DNA of 45,323 nucleotides, taken from IMG/VR virus record IMGVR_UViG_3300037714_000078, positions 1 through 45,323 of that record; one strand, 5' to 3'. Below, in pieces: positions 31,913 through 40,004 of the stretch. This DNA is from a virus. A model generated the notes under the pieces. It ran no database searches. It was not told where the DNA came from and worked only from the letters and a program-made list of their open reading frames with translations. Each line of letters opens with the position of its first letter. Position 1 is the stretch's first letter. The position numbers and the translations under genes were made by a program.

Positions 31913-32284
31913 CTAGTCCAGCGTGATGTCAGCGGCCCCGATGGCCCAGACGATCGAGTCGCCGATGGCCAGCACCTTGGAGCCGTTGGTGAAGGCGGTC
32001 CAGTCCGTCTTCTGGTTGCCTGCGGCTGCGGCGTCGTAGACGGCCCAGTGAGACACAGTTCCGGCCCCCGTCGCGTCATCCGAGACCAGCTCGGTGTTGT
32101 TCTGCTTCACACTCGGCGTGGCACCGGTAGCGGCGTCCCAGCCGGCGGCACCGACAGCGGTCCGGGCGAGCCCAGAGAACTCCGTGGCCCCGTCGGTCGA
32201 GTAGGCGATGTGATCGGTGCTCGCGGCAACGGGGAAGACGTCGTCGAGCGCCTGCTGCTGATATGCGGTGGTGAGTCCGGTCAT
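31913..32284 (-). CDS. hypothetical structural-module protein (123 aa)
   Basis: Track ORF. Confidence 0.6.
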   Translation of the reverse strand: MTGLTTAYQQQALDDVFPVAASTDHIAYSTDGATEFSGLARTAVGAAGWDAATGATPSVKQNNTELVSDDATGAGTVSHWAVYDAAAAGNQKTDWTAFTNGSKVLAIGDSIVWAIGAADITLD

Positions 32285-32293
32285 GGGGTGCTC

Positions 32294-33094
32294 CTAGATC
32301 TGTTCTTGGATGGGCCAGGTCAGGCGTGCGGGCGGTGGTCGGTCCACCGATCCGATCGAGGGGCCGCCCCAGCGTGTGGAGCGCGCCGAGCTGATAAACG
32401 CGTCGATCTCGAAGATGCCGGTCAGCATGTCAGAGAGGCTCTCGAACTGGTCCTGGAAGCCGACCGTGACACCCTGACGAGTGATCACCTGAGTACGCTG
32501 CGGCAAGCGGCAGCCGTCCGAGCCCAGGCAGGCCTTGGCGAACTCGCAGGCCAGGATCCCTGCCGCGATCGCGCCGCCGGCAGGCACCGGAAGGCCCTGC
32601 TGCACGGTGATCGACCAGGTGCCGATCCCGTCGAGCTGGGCCAGATTCTGGCACGAGGGGAACTCCTCGCCGTCGATGCGTACGATCCGGTTGCGGTTGT
32701 AGACCGCCAGCGAGCCGGAGGGCTCCATGTCCACGCCGTCGATCCTGAGCGCGGTGACGGCGTTGACGCTAGGCAGGCGGATCTCCGAGAGCGCACCACC
32801 GCAGCCACACTCACCGGGGCAGGAGCGGCACGAGAGGTTGATCCAGTCGCCGTTGATCCGCCAGGGGATGAACGGAGTCCCCAGGCCGAAGCCGAAGGAT
32901 CCGTCGCAGTTGCGCCGGCAGGGCCGGTAGGTGTTCTCACACAGCCCGTACGCCTTGCCGGTGGCCCGCCACAGGTAGTCGGCCGCCCAGGCCTGCAGCG
33001 TCTCCCACGTCTCGGGGTCGAGCTGTTCGATCTCGTCGGTGCAGCAGTCGTCACACAGGGTGACCGGCCAGTCGCACGGTTCCAGCTCTGCCAT
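32294..33094 (-). CDS. head-to-tail adaptor/connector (putative), Cys-rich
   Basis: MAELEPCDWPVTLCDDCC...LWRATGKAYGLCENTYRPC. The call rests on position in the head-tail joining block. Confidence 0.4.
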   Translation of the reverse strand: MAELEPCDWPVTLCDDCCTDEIEQLDPETWETLQAWAADYLWRATGKAYGLCENTYRPCRRNCDGSFGFGLGTPFIPWRINGDWINLSCRSCPGECGCGGALSEIRLPSVNAVTALRIDGVDMEPSGSLAVYNRNRIVRIDGEEFPSCQNLAQLDGIGTWSITVQQGLPVPAGGAIAAGILACEFAKACLGSDGCRLPQRTQVITRQGVTVGFQDQFESLSDMLTGIFEIDAFISSARSTRWGGPSIGSVDRPPPARLTWPIQEQI

Positions 33095-33111
33095 GGGATC
33101 ATCCTATCCGC

Positions 33112-33762
33112 TCAGTGCGTCTCACAGCCGGATCCCGGCCAGCCAGGTACGAGGTTGACGGGCCGCTCCGGGACGACGCTCCCGAGCCAGGCCTCGGCCA
33201 TGTGGCGGTGCGCGTCGCTGGGCCGGTCGAGCCGGCGCAGGTGCTCGATCGAGGACCACCAGAAATTGCCGCCGTAGAACGGGATCTCGACCCGCTTGGG
33301 GTCGTCGGCCTTGGTCAGCCAGTGCGCGCCCACCGTCGAGGCTCCCCGGGAGAGCAGAGACAGCGCATGACGCCCCCGGCGTACGCACTGCCGGGTCATG
33401 CACTCGCGCCAGGGGGAGGAGACCCTGGAGGGGTGCGCCGAGCCTTTGGTATGGGCGTACAGCACGGGGCCGTCATAGCCCGCCTGCACGTCGTCGTGGA
33501 GCAGGTTCAGCGTGTGCTGCTCGAAGCCCTCGGAGTAGGAGACGATCCGGGTCTCCTCGGGGAGCTGGAGCGCCACTTCCCGAACATTCTCCTCCGTGCC
33601 GACGATCCCGAAGACCAGATCCCAGGTGATCCCGGAGTCCTTCAGCGCCCTCAGATGGTCATCGACGATGTGCTTCCAGTAGCCGTCGGCGTACACATGG
33701 TAGTAGTGCCTGACCCTCTCACGAGAGCCAGGCACTACGACCGGGGAAGCCGATCCGGTCAT
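33112..33762 (-). CDS. enzyme-like protein of unknown function (possible nucleotide-sugar transferase) embedded in the virion module
   Basis: 216 aa from ATG 33762, which overlaps the upstream stop. Motifs VLYAHTKGSAH, PWRECM and FYGGNFWWSSIEHL. It does not look like a structural protein. Confidence 0.55.
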   Translation of the reverse strand: MTGSASPVVVPGSRERVRHYYHVYADGYWKHIVDDHLRALKDSGITWDLVFGIVGTEENVREVALQLPEETRIVSYSEGFEQHTLNLLHDDVQAGYDGPVLYAHTKGSAHPSRVSSPWRECMTRQCVRRGRHALSLLSRGASTVGAHWLTKADDPKRVEIPFYGGNFWWSSIEHLRRLDRPSDAHRHMAEAWLGSVVPERPVNLVPGWPGSGCETH

Positions 33763-34478
33763 CAGGCCGCCGGAAGGATGTACCCGTTGTCGATCGTGGC
33801 CGGGACACAGCCCACGGTCACGGCCGGGGGCGGAACCTCGGTGGACATGATTCGAGCGTGCGCCCCGGTCTGCATCGCGTCGAGCAGCGGGCCGGCGGTG
33901 TCCGTCTCGTCGAGCTGGACGTCGTACGGGCCGGTACCCCACGCGTGGTTGCCGGAGGTGTTCGCGGTGAGCGTGATGGAGAAGAGGGTGTCGATCCCCG
34001 CCCACTCCAGCGACTCACCGAGCTGCCAACCGCTGACACACGGCAGGACGTTGTACCCGTAGCGAGCGCCCTCGCCACAGTCGATCCCGGCCACGCCCGA
34101 CCAGACCTCGATCGAGGTCTCGGCATCCGAGGTGCCCTCCATGACGTCGAAGCCGACCCCGTTGCCGTCGGCGTCTCGGACCACGGGCCAGCCGGTCAGC
34201 ATGGAGATGAACTCCGCACGGACCTGGCACAGGGTCATGGACACAGTCAGGTTCTGGAGCAGGTCCGGGTCCTTCTCGTTGATACAGACGTCACCGTTGG
34301 CCTTCCGCTCCAGCGCGGTCTCGCCCTCTTCCACGTTGGCCTCCAGGGAGACCGTGGTGAAAGCGTCGGTGACGTAGATGGCACACGCGGTGCCGGAGGC
34401 CGGCGGCGTGCAGCAGTCGTCGAGCTGTGTGGCTCGAATGGTTCGGCCCCTGAAGGGCCGGTATGCGACGTCAACCAT
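33762..34478 (-). CDS. major tail (tube) protein, putative
   Basis: 238 aa. AGGAGGG lies 6 nt before ATG 34478. The N-terminus FRGRTIRATQLDDCCTP resembles tail-tube families. No other tube candidate exists in the genome. Confidence 0.4.
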   Translation of the reverse strand: MVDVAYRPFRGRTIRATQLDDCCTPPASGTACAIYVTDAFTTVSLEANVEEGETALERKANGDVCINEKDPDLLQNLTVSMTLCQVRAEFISMLTGWPVVRDADGNGVGFDVMEGTSDAETSIEVWSGVAGIDCGEGARYGYNVLPCVSGWQLGESLEWAGIDTLFSITLTANTSGNHAWGTGPYDVQLDETDTAGPLLDAMQTGAHARIMSTEVPPPAVTVGCVPATIDNGYILPAA

Positions 34479-34489
34479 GTGATGCCCTC

Positions 34490-35311
34490 CTAGCAGGCGG
34501 TTGCGGTAGTGGATGCGGCCGCGAACACGGCGCACGTGCTGAAGGCGGCCAGGGCCACCTGTTCGGCGCGAGCCGCTGCGGTGTTGATGTCGCGGTTGAC
34601 GTCACCATAGGTGTCCGTCCGCCCGACACCCGCCCACACGGCCGTGGTCGCGTAGGCGTACAGCGGATCACTTGCAGCGGGCGGGACCAGGTCTCCCGGA
34701 CCCCGACCGTCGAAGCCGCCGGAGACGATGACGACGTTGCCCGTCACCGTGCGCCAGCGGGCACCATCGCGCCACATCACCCGTTCGGCGAGCGCCTGAG
34801 TGGCGAAGCCGATCGGTGCGAGGATGACCCCGCCACGACCTGCGTTCGCCTCAGCAAGCTGCGCCTCCAGACAGGCCAGCGCGTCAGCCACCGAGGCGAA
34901 GGCCGCACCGAGGTCGGTGGAGTCACCGACCAGGCTCGGATTCGGATCGATGCCAGCGGGCGTGTCCCGGACCGATGCCGCACCGGTGAGCAGCTCCCGC
35001 GCGAGCGCGAAGGATGCTGTCCGGGGCAGCTCGGACTCGGCGACCTCGCCCACGTTCAGCCCGCCGAGCGTGGTGCACTCGACGGCCTGGATGAGGCTGT
35101 AGGTCCGGAACTCGGCGGATTCGGCCCGCTGAGTGGGCTTCAGGTCCTCGCCAGTGGGGCACTGCCCCATGACAACCGGAAGCAGGCAGTTCGGGTCCAG
35201 GAATGCAACCCCGCCCCTCTCCCAACCTTCGGGGAGGGGAAGAGCCCCGTTCAGGAGCCCTTCCCCGCTGGGGGTGGGCTGCGCCATGGTGACCGGAATC
35301 GGTGATGGCAT
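34490..35311 (-). CDS. capsid-like structural protein (possible second HK97-fold subunit)
   Basis: 273 aa immediately after the major capsid gene. The pattern ...FALARELLTG...LACLEAQLA...GGVILAP...NRDINTAAARAEQ resembles delta-domain-less HK97-type capsid proteins. Confidence 0.4.
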   Translation of the reverse strand: MPSPIPVTMAQPTPSGEGLLNGALPLPEGWERGGVAFLDPNCLLPVVMGQCPTGEDLKPTQRAESAEFRTYSLIQAVECTTLGGLNVGEVAESELPRTASFALARELLTGAASVRDTPAGIDPNPSLVGDSTDLGAAFASVADALACLEAQLAEANAGRGGVILAPIGFATQALAERVMWRDGARWRTVTGNVVIVSGGFDGRGPGDLVPPAASDPLYAYATTAVWAGVGRTDTYGDVNRDINTAAARAEQVALAAFSTCAVFAAASTTATAC

Positions 35312-35342
35312 CTAGCCCTCCTCTCTATCCCTCAGGTCCGGA

Positions 35343-36956
35343 TCAGGGGGTCGGGCAGCCGCAGGCGATGTCCGTGACCAGCTCGAAGGCGTACGAGGAG
35401 CAGCCCCGGAAGGCGGTCTTTTCGAACGTTTCGGCGAAGGCCTGACGGTCGTTGGTCGCGTTGAGGCTGGAGTCCGTGATCTGGGTGCCCAGGTCGAGCG
35501 TGCCACCGTCGAGGAACATCCACGCGTCCTCGGGGTAGACGTAGACCGTCGCGGCGGCCAGCGGGAGGCCGACAGCGGTGGGGATGTTGTGGTCCCCGGT
35601 CTGCTCGTCCACCGTGCCGTCCACGGTCCAGACCGCGCGCACGTTGACGTCGGCGAGCCACCCGGCGATCATCGCGTCGGCGATCTGGATGGTCTCGGCG
35701 TTGTTGGCCACACCCATGTTGCGGATGACCTGGTTGCGGATCGCGTCCCGGACGTAGGAGTCGGTCAGCACGACGTACTGGCCGGTCAGGTTGCGCTGGA
35801 TGGCGCGGTCCTGGGCGACGATCGTGTTGATGTTCTCCAGGAAGTTGGCGATGACGTTGCCACCGTCGACCAGCGAGCCGGCCGCGATGAAGGTCGAGCC
35901 CTCGTGGATCTCGACGAGCGACTTCTGCTCCGCGACCCGGTCGTGCAGCGCGAGGAGCAGCTCCAGGCGCGAGGCCCACAGCTCGGGGCTGAAGGTCGCC
36001 TGGAAGTTGCCGATCGTGAGGCATCGGGTTACCGCGTCCACGGCGGCCGTCAACTCCTCGGGGCACTCGACCGGGGGACACGGCTTGACGCCGGAGGCCG
36101 GGGCCGCTGCGTCCATGGCCGGGGTCCAGATGGACACCGCGCCGTCCACGTCACCGAGGCCGGCGGCGGGGGAGTAGGTGACCTGGCCGCGCGCGGCGTT
36201 GAACTGCACGAGGCTGTCGCGAACCGGGCGACCCCGGTCAGCGCAGATCGGGTGGGAGAAGTCGACCTCACCGGGGCCACACAGGCCACCGGCCGCAGCC
36301 ACCGGGCGAGAGGTCTGGCCGTAGCCGAAGACGTCGGTGATCCGGCGGTTGTTGACCTCGACATTGAACCCGAGCTGACGGCTCTCGTCGAAGTCGCGGG
36401 TCAGGCGGAAGAGGCGGTCGGACTTGCCGATGCCCTGGACCGACTTGGCGTGGGTGGAGAACATCTTGCCGAGGTCGGCGAAGGTGCCGGTCCCGACGTC
36501 GTAGCCGGCGGCCGGACCGACTGCTGTGGTGCGTACGCCGCCCATGGTCTTCGGCTTCTCCTGCTCGGGTGCCTTGGTCGCGGCGTGACGCTTGAGCCGC
36601 TCGATGATGCCCGCCGCTGCGACGGGCTCCTTGATCTCGGCCTCGACAACCGGGGTCTCCTCGACGGGAGTCTCCTCGGCCGGGGTCTCCGGGGTGTCGT
36701 CGAAGATGCCCTCGCGGAGCTTCTTCGCCTCGGCGCGGCGCTCCTCGCGAGCGGACTCGCGGTCGTCGGCTGCCTTGGTGACGACCTGGAGCGCCTCGGC
36801 GAGGTCCTTCGCCAGGTCCAGCTCCGGCTCGTCGGCCTTGGTGGCGACGTCGAGTGCCTCGCGGATGTCCTTGGCCGCCGTCTCCAGCTCGGCGTCCGTG
36901 GGTGCGGGGCCGGTGTAGTCCTCGGCGAGCTTGGCAATGATGTCGAGCGGGTCCAT
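35343..36956 (-). CDS. major capsid protein with N-terminal coiled-coil (scaffold/delta-like) domain
   Basis: 537 aa from ATG 36956, which lies 7 nt after GGGAGGGG. The first ~150 aa are charged and helical. The C-terminal body ends ...SSLNATNDRQAFAETFEKTAFRG, which is HK97-family-like. The extension to 37094 was rejected. Confidence 0.7.
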   Translation of the reverse strand: MDPLDIIAKLAEDYTGPAPTDAELETAAKDIREALDVATKADEPELDLAKDLAEALQVVTKAADDRESAREERRAEAKKLREGIFDDTPETPAEETPVEETPVVEAEIKEPVAAAGIIERLKRHAATKAPEQEKPKTMGGVRTTAVGPAAGYDVGTGTFADLGKMFSTHAKSVQGIGKSDRLFRLTRDFDESRQLGFNVEVNNRRITDVFGYGQTSRPVAAAGGLCGPGEVDFSHPICADRGRPVRDSLVQFNAARGQVTYSPAAGLGDVDGAVSIWTPAMDAAAPASGVKPCPPVECPEELTAAVDAVTRCLTIGNFQATFSPELWASRLELLLALHDRVAEQKSLVEIHEGSTFIAAGSLVDGGNVIANFLENINTIVAQDRAIQRNLTGQYVVLTDSYVRDAIRNQVIRNMGVANNAETIQIADAMIAGWLADVNVRAVWTVDGTVDEQTGDHNIPTAVGLPLAAATVYVYPEDAWMFLDGGTLDLGTQITDSSLNATNDRQAFAETFEKTAFRGCSSYAFELVTDIACGCPTP

Positions 36957-37049
36957 CTGGACCCCTCCCTTCGGTTGCATGACTAGGAGGCGGTCCCTAT
37001 GGGACTGCGTTGACAGAAAGATAACACACGGCGAGCAGGGGCAAAGACC

Positions 37050-37079
37050 TTGACAGGGCGTCATGGCGGGGCGTAGAGT
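37050..37079 (+). promoter_or_regulatory. sigma70-like promoter TTGACAgggcGTCA-…-TAGAGT (cassette promoter 1)
   Basis: -35 at 37050-37055, an 18-nt spacer, and -10 at 37074-37079. An AGGAG RBS precedes ATG 37113. Confidence 0.65.
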
Positions 37080-37112
37080 CTCACTCATGACCACCTACGA
37101 CAGGAGCGCATC

Positions 37113-37310
37113 ATGATGGACATCTCCCAGATCGCGCACCAGGCCACCGACGACCTGGCCATGATCGAGCAGCTGGCCGCCAACACGCTGCTCACCAAGG
37201 CTGAGCGAATCGCCCGAATCACCACGGTGTGCGACGACTTTCGCCGGCTCTGCCAGGGCAGCAGCCATGACCCGTACCGCCCCCACCCCTACCGGACGGA
37301 TGGTGTGTGA
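37113..37310 (+). CDS. hypothetical protein (65 aa)
   Basis: Track ORF with high GC3 in the plus frame. Confidence 0.65.
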   Translation: MMDISQIAHQATDDLAMIEQLAANTLLTKAERIARITTVCDDFRRLCQGSSHDPYRPHPYRTDGV

Positions 37311-37462
37311 TGGTCGACGAGAGACGCGGAGTCTTCATCTGCCAACAGTGCTACGCGACATCGTTCGACACCGAGCCCGAAGCGGTGAAGCACGAAGACA
37401 CGCTCGACCACTCCACGGTGTGGTCACCCGCAAACCCGACGCCCCGAAGTGGAGACGAGTGA
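37310..37462 (+). CDS. hypothetical 50-aa protein with C-x2-C…H-x5-H pattern
   Basis: Hand translation MVDERRGVFICQQCYATSFDTEPEAVKHEDTLDHSTV…, with a TGATG overlap. Confidence 0.5.
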   Translation: MVDERRGVFICQQCYATSFDTEPEAVKHEDTLDHSTVWSPANPTPRSGDE

Positions 37463-37629
37463 TGGGCAAGGACCCGAACAAGCTCAACCCGCCACCGCGA
37501 GGCAAGAAGTCCTCGTCGATCGGGCCGGCCATCGCGTTCATCGTGGTACTGATCTTCGCGGCCAAGGGCTGCGACACCACCCCGCCGGACGTCACGCCGG
37601 TCCCACCGAGCCAGACGGAGCGACGATGA
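37462..37629 (+). CDS. small membrane or lipoprotein-like protein (55 aa)
   Basis: …SSSIGPAIAFIVVLIFAAKGCDTTPP… is a TM/signal-like helix followed by a Cys. TGATG overlap. Confidence 0.55.
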   Translation: MGKDPNKLNPPPRGKKSSSIGPAIAFIVVLIFAAKGCDTTPPDVTPVPPSQTERR

Positions 37630-37757
37630 AGTGGCTCGTGCTCCGGCCGAAGCCGCGCCCGGTCTGCACGCACGCCTGGGCGACACTGGATGGCCTGACG
37701 TGGTGCGTCCACTGCGGACTGGCCCCCAGACTTGACAGAGAGTCAAGAAAGGTGTAG
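37626..37757 (+). CDS. hypothetical 43-aa Cys/His protein
   Basis: MKWLVLRPKPRPVCTHAWATLDGLTWCVHCGLAP…, with an ATGA overlap. Confidence 0.45.
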   Translation: MKWLVLRPKPRPVCTHAWATLDGLTWCVHCGLAPRLDRESRKV

Positions 37758-37760
37758 AGT
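37732..37760 (+). promoter_or_regulatory. sigma70-like promoter TTGACAgagaGTCA-…-TAGAGT, leaderless (cassette promoter 2)
   Basis: -35 at 37732-37737, a 17-nt spacer, and -10 at 37755-37760. ATG 37768 lies 7 nt downstream with no SD. Confidence 0.7.
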
Positions 37761-37767
37761 TCCTCTC

Positions 37768-38154
37768 ATGACCTTCCGAGACCAGCTCGCCAACCTGATG
37801 CAGATCGCTCTCCTCGCCATCGTCTCCGTGCTCGCCACGTGGGGGCTGGCCAACCCGGTGGACGTCAAGTCCATCGACGGCAACGAGCCGCAGAATGCCC
37901 CGTCGTACGCCAGCGCGGTGCACCGTGAGGCCGCTGGCCTGATGTGCCAGGTCGAGACCGGCAGAGCCGGAATCATCCCGTCAGGCAACGACGTGGTCGC
38001 GGCGTACGTCGTCGTGGTCCGTCTGGACGGGGTCATGGAGCGCATGGACACCACCGAGGCGTGGGACCGCGCCAGGTCCAAGAAGGAGGCCGACAACGTC
38101 TGGGTCATCGGCGTGTGCCGAGCCGACGTGCAGAACCGGGCGGTGAAGGCGTGA
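37768..38154 (+). CDS. secreted or membrane protein (128 aa)
   Basis: N-terminal hydrophobic helix LMQIALLAIVSVLATWGLA. Internal ATG of track ORF 37732..38154. Confidence 0.65.
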   Translation: MTFRDQLANLMQIALLAIVSVLATWGLANPVDVKSIDGNEPQNAPSYASAVHREAAGLMCQVETGRAGIIPSGNDVVAAYVVVVRLDGVMERMDTTEAWDRARSKKEADNVWVIGVCRADVQNRAVKA

Positions 38155-38333
38155 TGGGCAAGGCACTGCTGATCATCGGCGCGACGTTCGCGGCGGCCGC
38201 CCTGGTGCTGGTGTTCTTCCTGGGGCTGTTCGTCCCCGAGCCTGAGCCGGCCTACACGCCCGACGAGTGCACGCTCGAGCCAGACGGCTTCTGTGCCACC
38301 TGGCATGACTACCACGACAATGACTGGGAGTAG
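38154..38333 (+). CDS. small membrane protein (59 aa)
   Basis: MGKALLIIGATFAAAALVLVFFLGLFV…, with a TGATG overlap. Confidence 0.6.
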   Translation: MGKALLIIGATFAAAALVLVFFLGLFVPEPEPAYTPDECTLEPDGFCATWHDYHDNDWE

Positions 38334-38336
38334 ACG

Positions 38337-38750
38337 ATGAACAACGTCACCGCAGCCACCATCGTTACCATCATAGACGTGATCCTGCTCATCGGGATTC
38401 TGCTCGACGTCGGCCCGTTCAAGCCGGTTCGGCCGGGCCTTGAGTTCTTCTGGCGGGCTCTCCGAGCATTCCTCCACGACTTGACCCACCGCCGGCCGGA
38501 TCCCCCACTGCACCGGGCTCTGTCCTCTGACCAGATCGAGGAACTGGAGATCGAGTGCTACATCGGGCCGTACGCCGAGCCGTTCCGGGCCGACTCGCTG
38601 AAGGCCCGCGAGGCTCTGCGGCGGAAGCGACACGCCGTACGCGTGGTCCCGCCCTGCGAACTGAGTGACGCCACGGAGCATCTCTTCGCAATGAACGGGC
38701 GCTGTGTCCTGTGCGGGGGCGGCCGTCGCGAGACGGAGGCCAATCGATGA
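38337..38750 (+). CDS. membrane protein (137 aa) with C-terminal CxxC
   Basis: N-terminus AATIVTIIDVILLIGILLDV and C-terminus NGRCVLCGGG. Track ORF. Confidence 0.65.
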   Translation: MNNVTAATIVTIIDVILLIGILLDVGPFKPVRPGLEFFWRALRAFLHDLTHRRPDPPLHRALSSDQIEELEIECYIGPYAEPFRADSLKAREALRRKRHAVRVVPPCELSDATEHLFAMNGRCVLCGGGRRETEANR

Positions 38751-38789
38751 CCAGAGCCCCCTGCCGACAGGATAGGCAGGGGGCTCTGG
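38751..38789. terminator. bidirectional terminator (perfect 15-bp stem) between the cassette and the convergent protease gene
   Basis: CCAGAGCCCCCTGCC (38751-38765) pairs with GGCAGGGGGCTCTGG (38775-38789), giving a 9-nt loop. Confidence 0.75.
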
Positions 38790-38843
38790 AGTCTTCAGCG
38801 TGGCGGGATCATCGGCAGCGCCTGACCTCCCCCGCCACCCCGT

Positions 38844-40004
38844 CTATTTGGTGATGGTGGGCCAGGCCGGGCTGACCACCGCGTGCGCTCCGCACAGCGT
38901 GAGGCCGGAGTATCCCGGCACCGGCCACTTCTCCACCGAGATCGGAGCGCCGGCGACCTTGGACAGCGTCAGCTCGTCCAGACCAGGCACGATCGAGCCA
39001 GAGGCGCACAGGCGGCCCTGCGAGTCCTCCCAGGCCACCACCCGAGCCCACACCGTGCTGGTGTTCTCGTGGTAGGCGCGCTGGCCGTCCAGGCTCAGCC
39101 CGGTGTCGGCGTGCAGGCTGGCACACGTCAGCGAGCCCACCCGGATCACCTCGCCGTTGTCGAGCGTGGCCGTGCCCACGTGGAAGTTGCGCAACTTCGG
39201 GTCAGCGTCGGCGGTGTACTTCTTGCACTGGGTGGTGTCGCCGTTGCGGAAGCAGCCGTCGCCGGCCATGTGTCCGAAGACCCGGCCGTCGGGGGTGACC
39301 TGGAACGGGACGATCTCGCGGGACTCGAAGCGAGCGAAGTGCTCGGCCGGGTAGGTGGCCACCCGGGCGGCGGCCGCGAGCGCCTCCATCGGGCCCAGGG
39401 CCGGACGGGAACCCGGCCACGCCGGGGTGTCGACGATCGCGAGATGACGGATACGCGCCTTGATAGTCCACGCCATCTGGTCGGAGACCTTGTATTGGAT
39501 CTTCACCGTGCCGTCGGGACCCTCGGTGTAGTCGGGCTCCTTCAGCTCGATCTCCACCTCTTCGTCGTCCATCATGACCGACCAGCCCAGGGCGTTCTCC
39601 GCGATCAGCTCGGCGACCCGGGCCACCGCTGCGGCCGCCTCGGGGTCGTCGGTGCCGAACAGGCGGGCGGACTGGACGTAGAGGCCAGAGTTGTCGGCCA
39701 TCCACTCGTCCACGACACCGAGCGTCATGCCGGTGTGGTCGCCGTCCTCGCGGTCCCAGATGATCGGGACCGACTGGCCCTCGGCCTCCCAGCTCAGCGC
39801 GCCCTTGCGTACGCCGCGACCGTCGCCGGTCGGAGTGTCGTAGGGCACCGCCTGGCCGTGGATCAGGATGTCCTTGCCGGCGGCGACGATGGCCGCAGCC
39901 TGCAGCTCCTGCTCGCACGGGAGGCAGTCGTCGTCTGCGCCCGGCTTGCGGAACATGCTCATGGTCCGCGCGGCCCTGAAGGACCGCAGTGTCATCTCAC
40001 TCAT
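38844..40004 (-). CDS. capsid maturation (prohead) protease, S78/HK97-like N-terminal domain
   Basis: IIWDREDGDHTGMTLGVVDEWMADNSGLYV and ALGWSVMM fit the His/Ser protease pattern. ATG 40004 overlaps the portal stop (ATGA) and follows a GAGGAG. Confidence 0.6.
   Translation of the reverse strand: MSEMTLRSFRAARTMSMFRKPGADDDCLPCEQELQAAAIVAAGKDILIHGQAVPYDTPTGDGRGVRKGALSWEAEGQSVPIIWDREDGDHTGMTLGVVDEWMADNSGLYVQSARLFGTDDPEAAAAVARVAELIAENALGWSVMMDDEEVEIELKEPDYTEGPDGTVKIQYKVSDQMAWTIKARIRHLAIVDTPAWPGSRPALGPMEALAAAARVATYPAEHFARFESREIVPFQVTPDGRVFGHMAGDGCFRNGDTTQCKKYTADADPKLRNFHVGTATLDNGEVIRVGSLTCASLHADTGLSLDGQRAYHENTSTVWARVVAWEDSQGRLCASGSIVPGLDELTLSKVAGAPISVEKWPVPGYSGLTLCGAHAVVSPAWPTITK

Noticed and set aside
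37010-37015. An extra TTGACA hexamer 40 bp upstream of the cassette promoter, as a tandem promoter.
   Set aside because: No TAnnnT-like -10 lies at 16-19 nt, and there is no GTCA half-site.
37087-37116. A 9-codon ORF (MTTYDRSAS) starting 7 nt after the 37074 TAGAGT box, as a leaderless micropeptide gene.
   Set aside because: It is too short to support. It contains the AGGAG RBS of the real downstream gene (ATG 37113), so it is more likely just the 5' leader.
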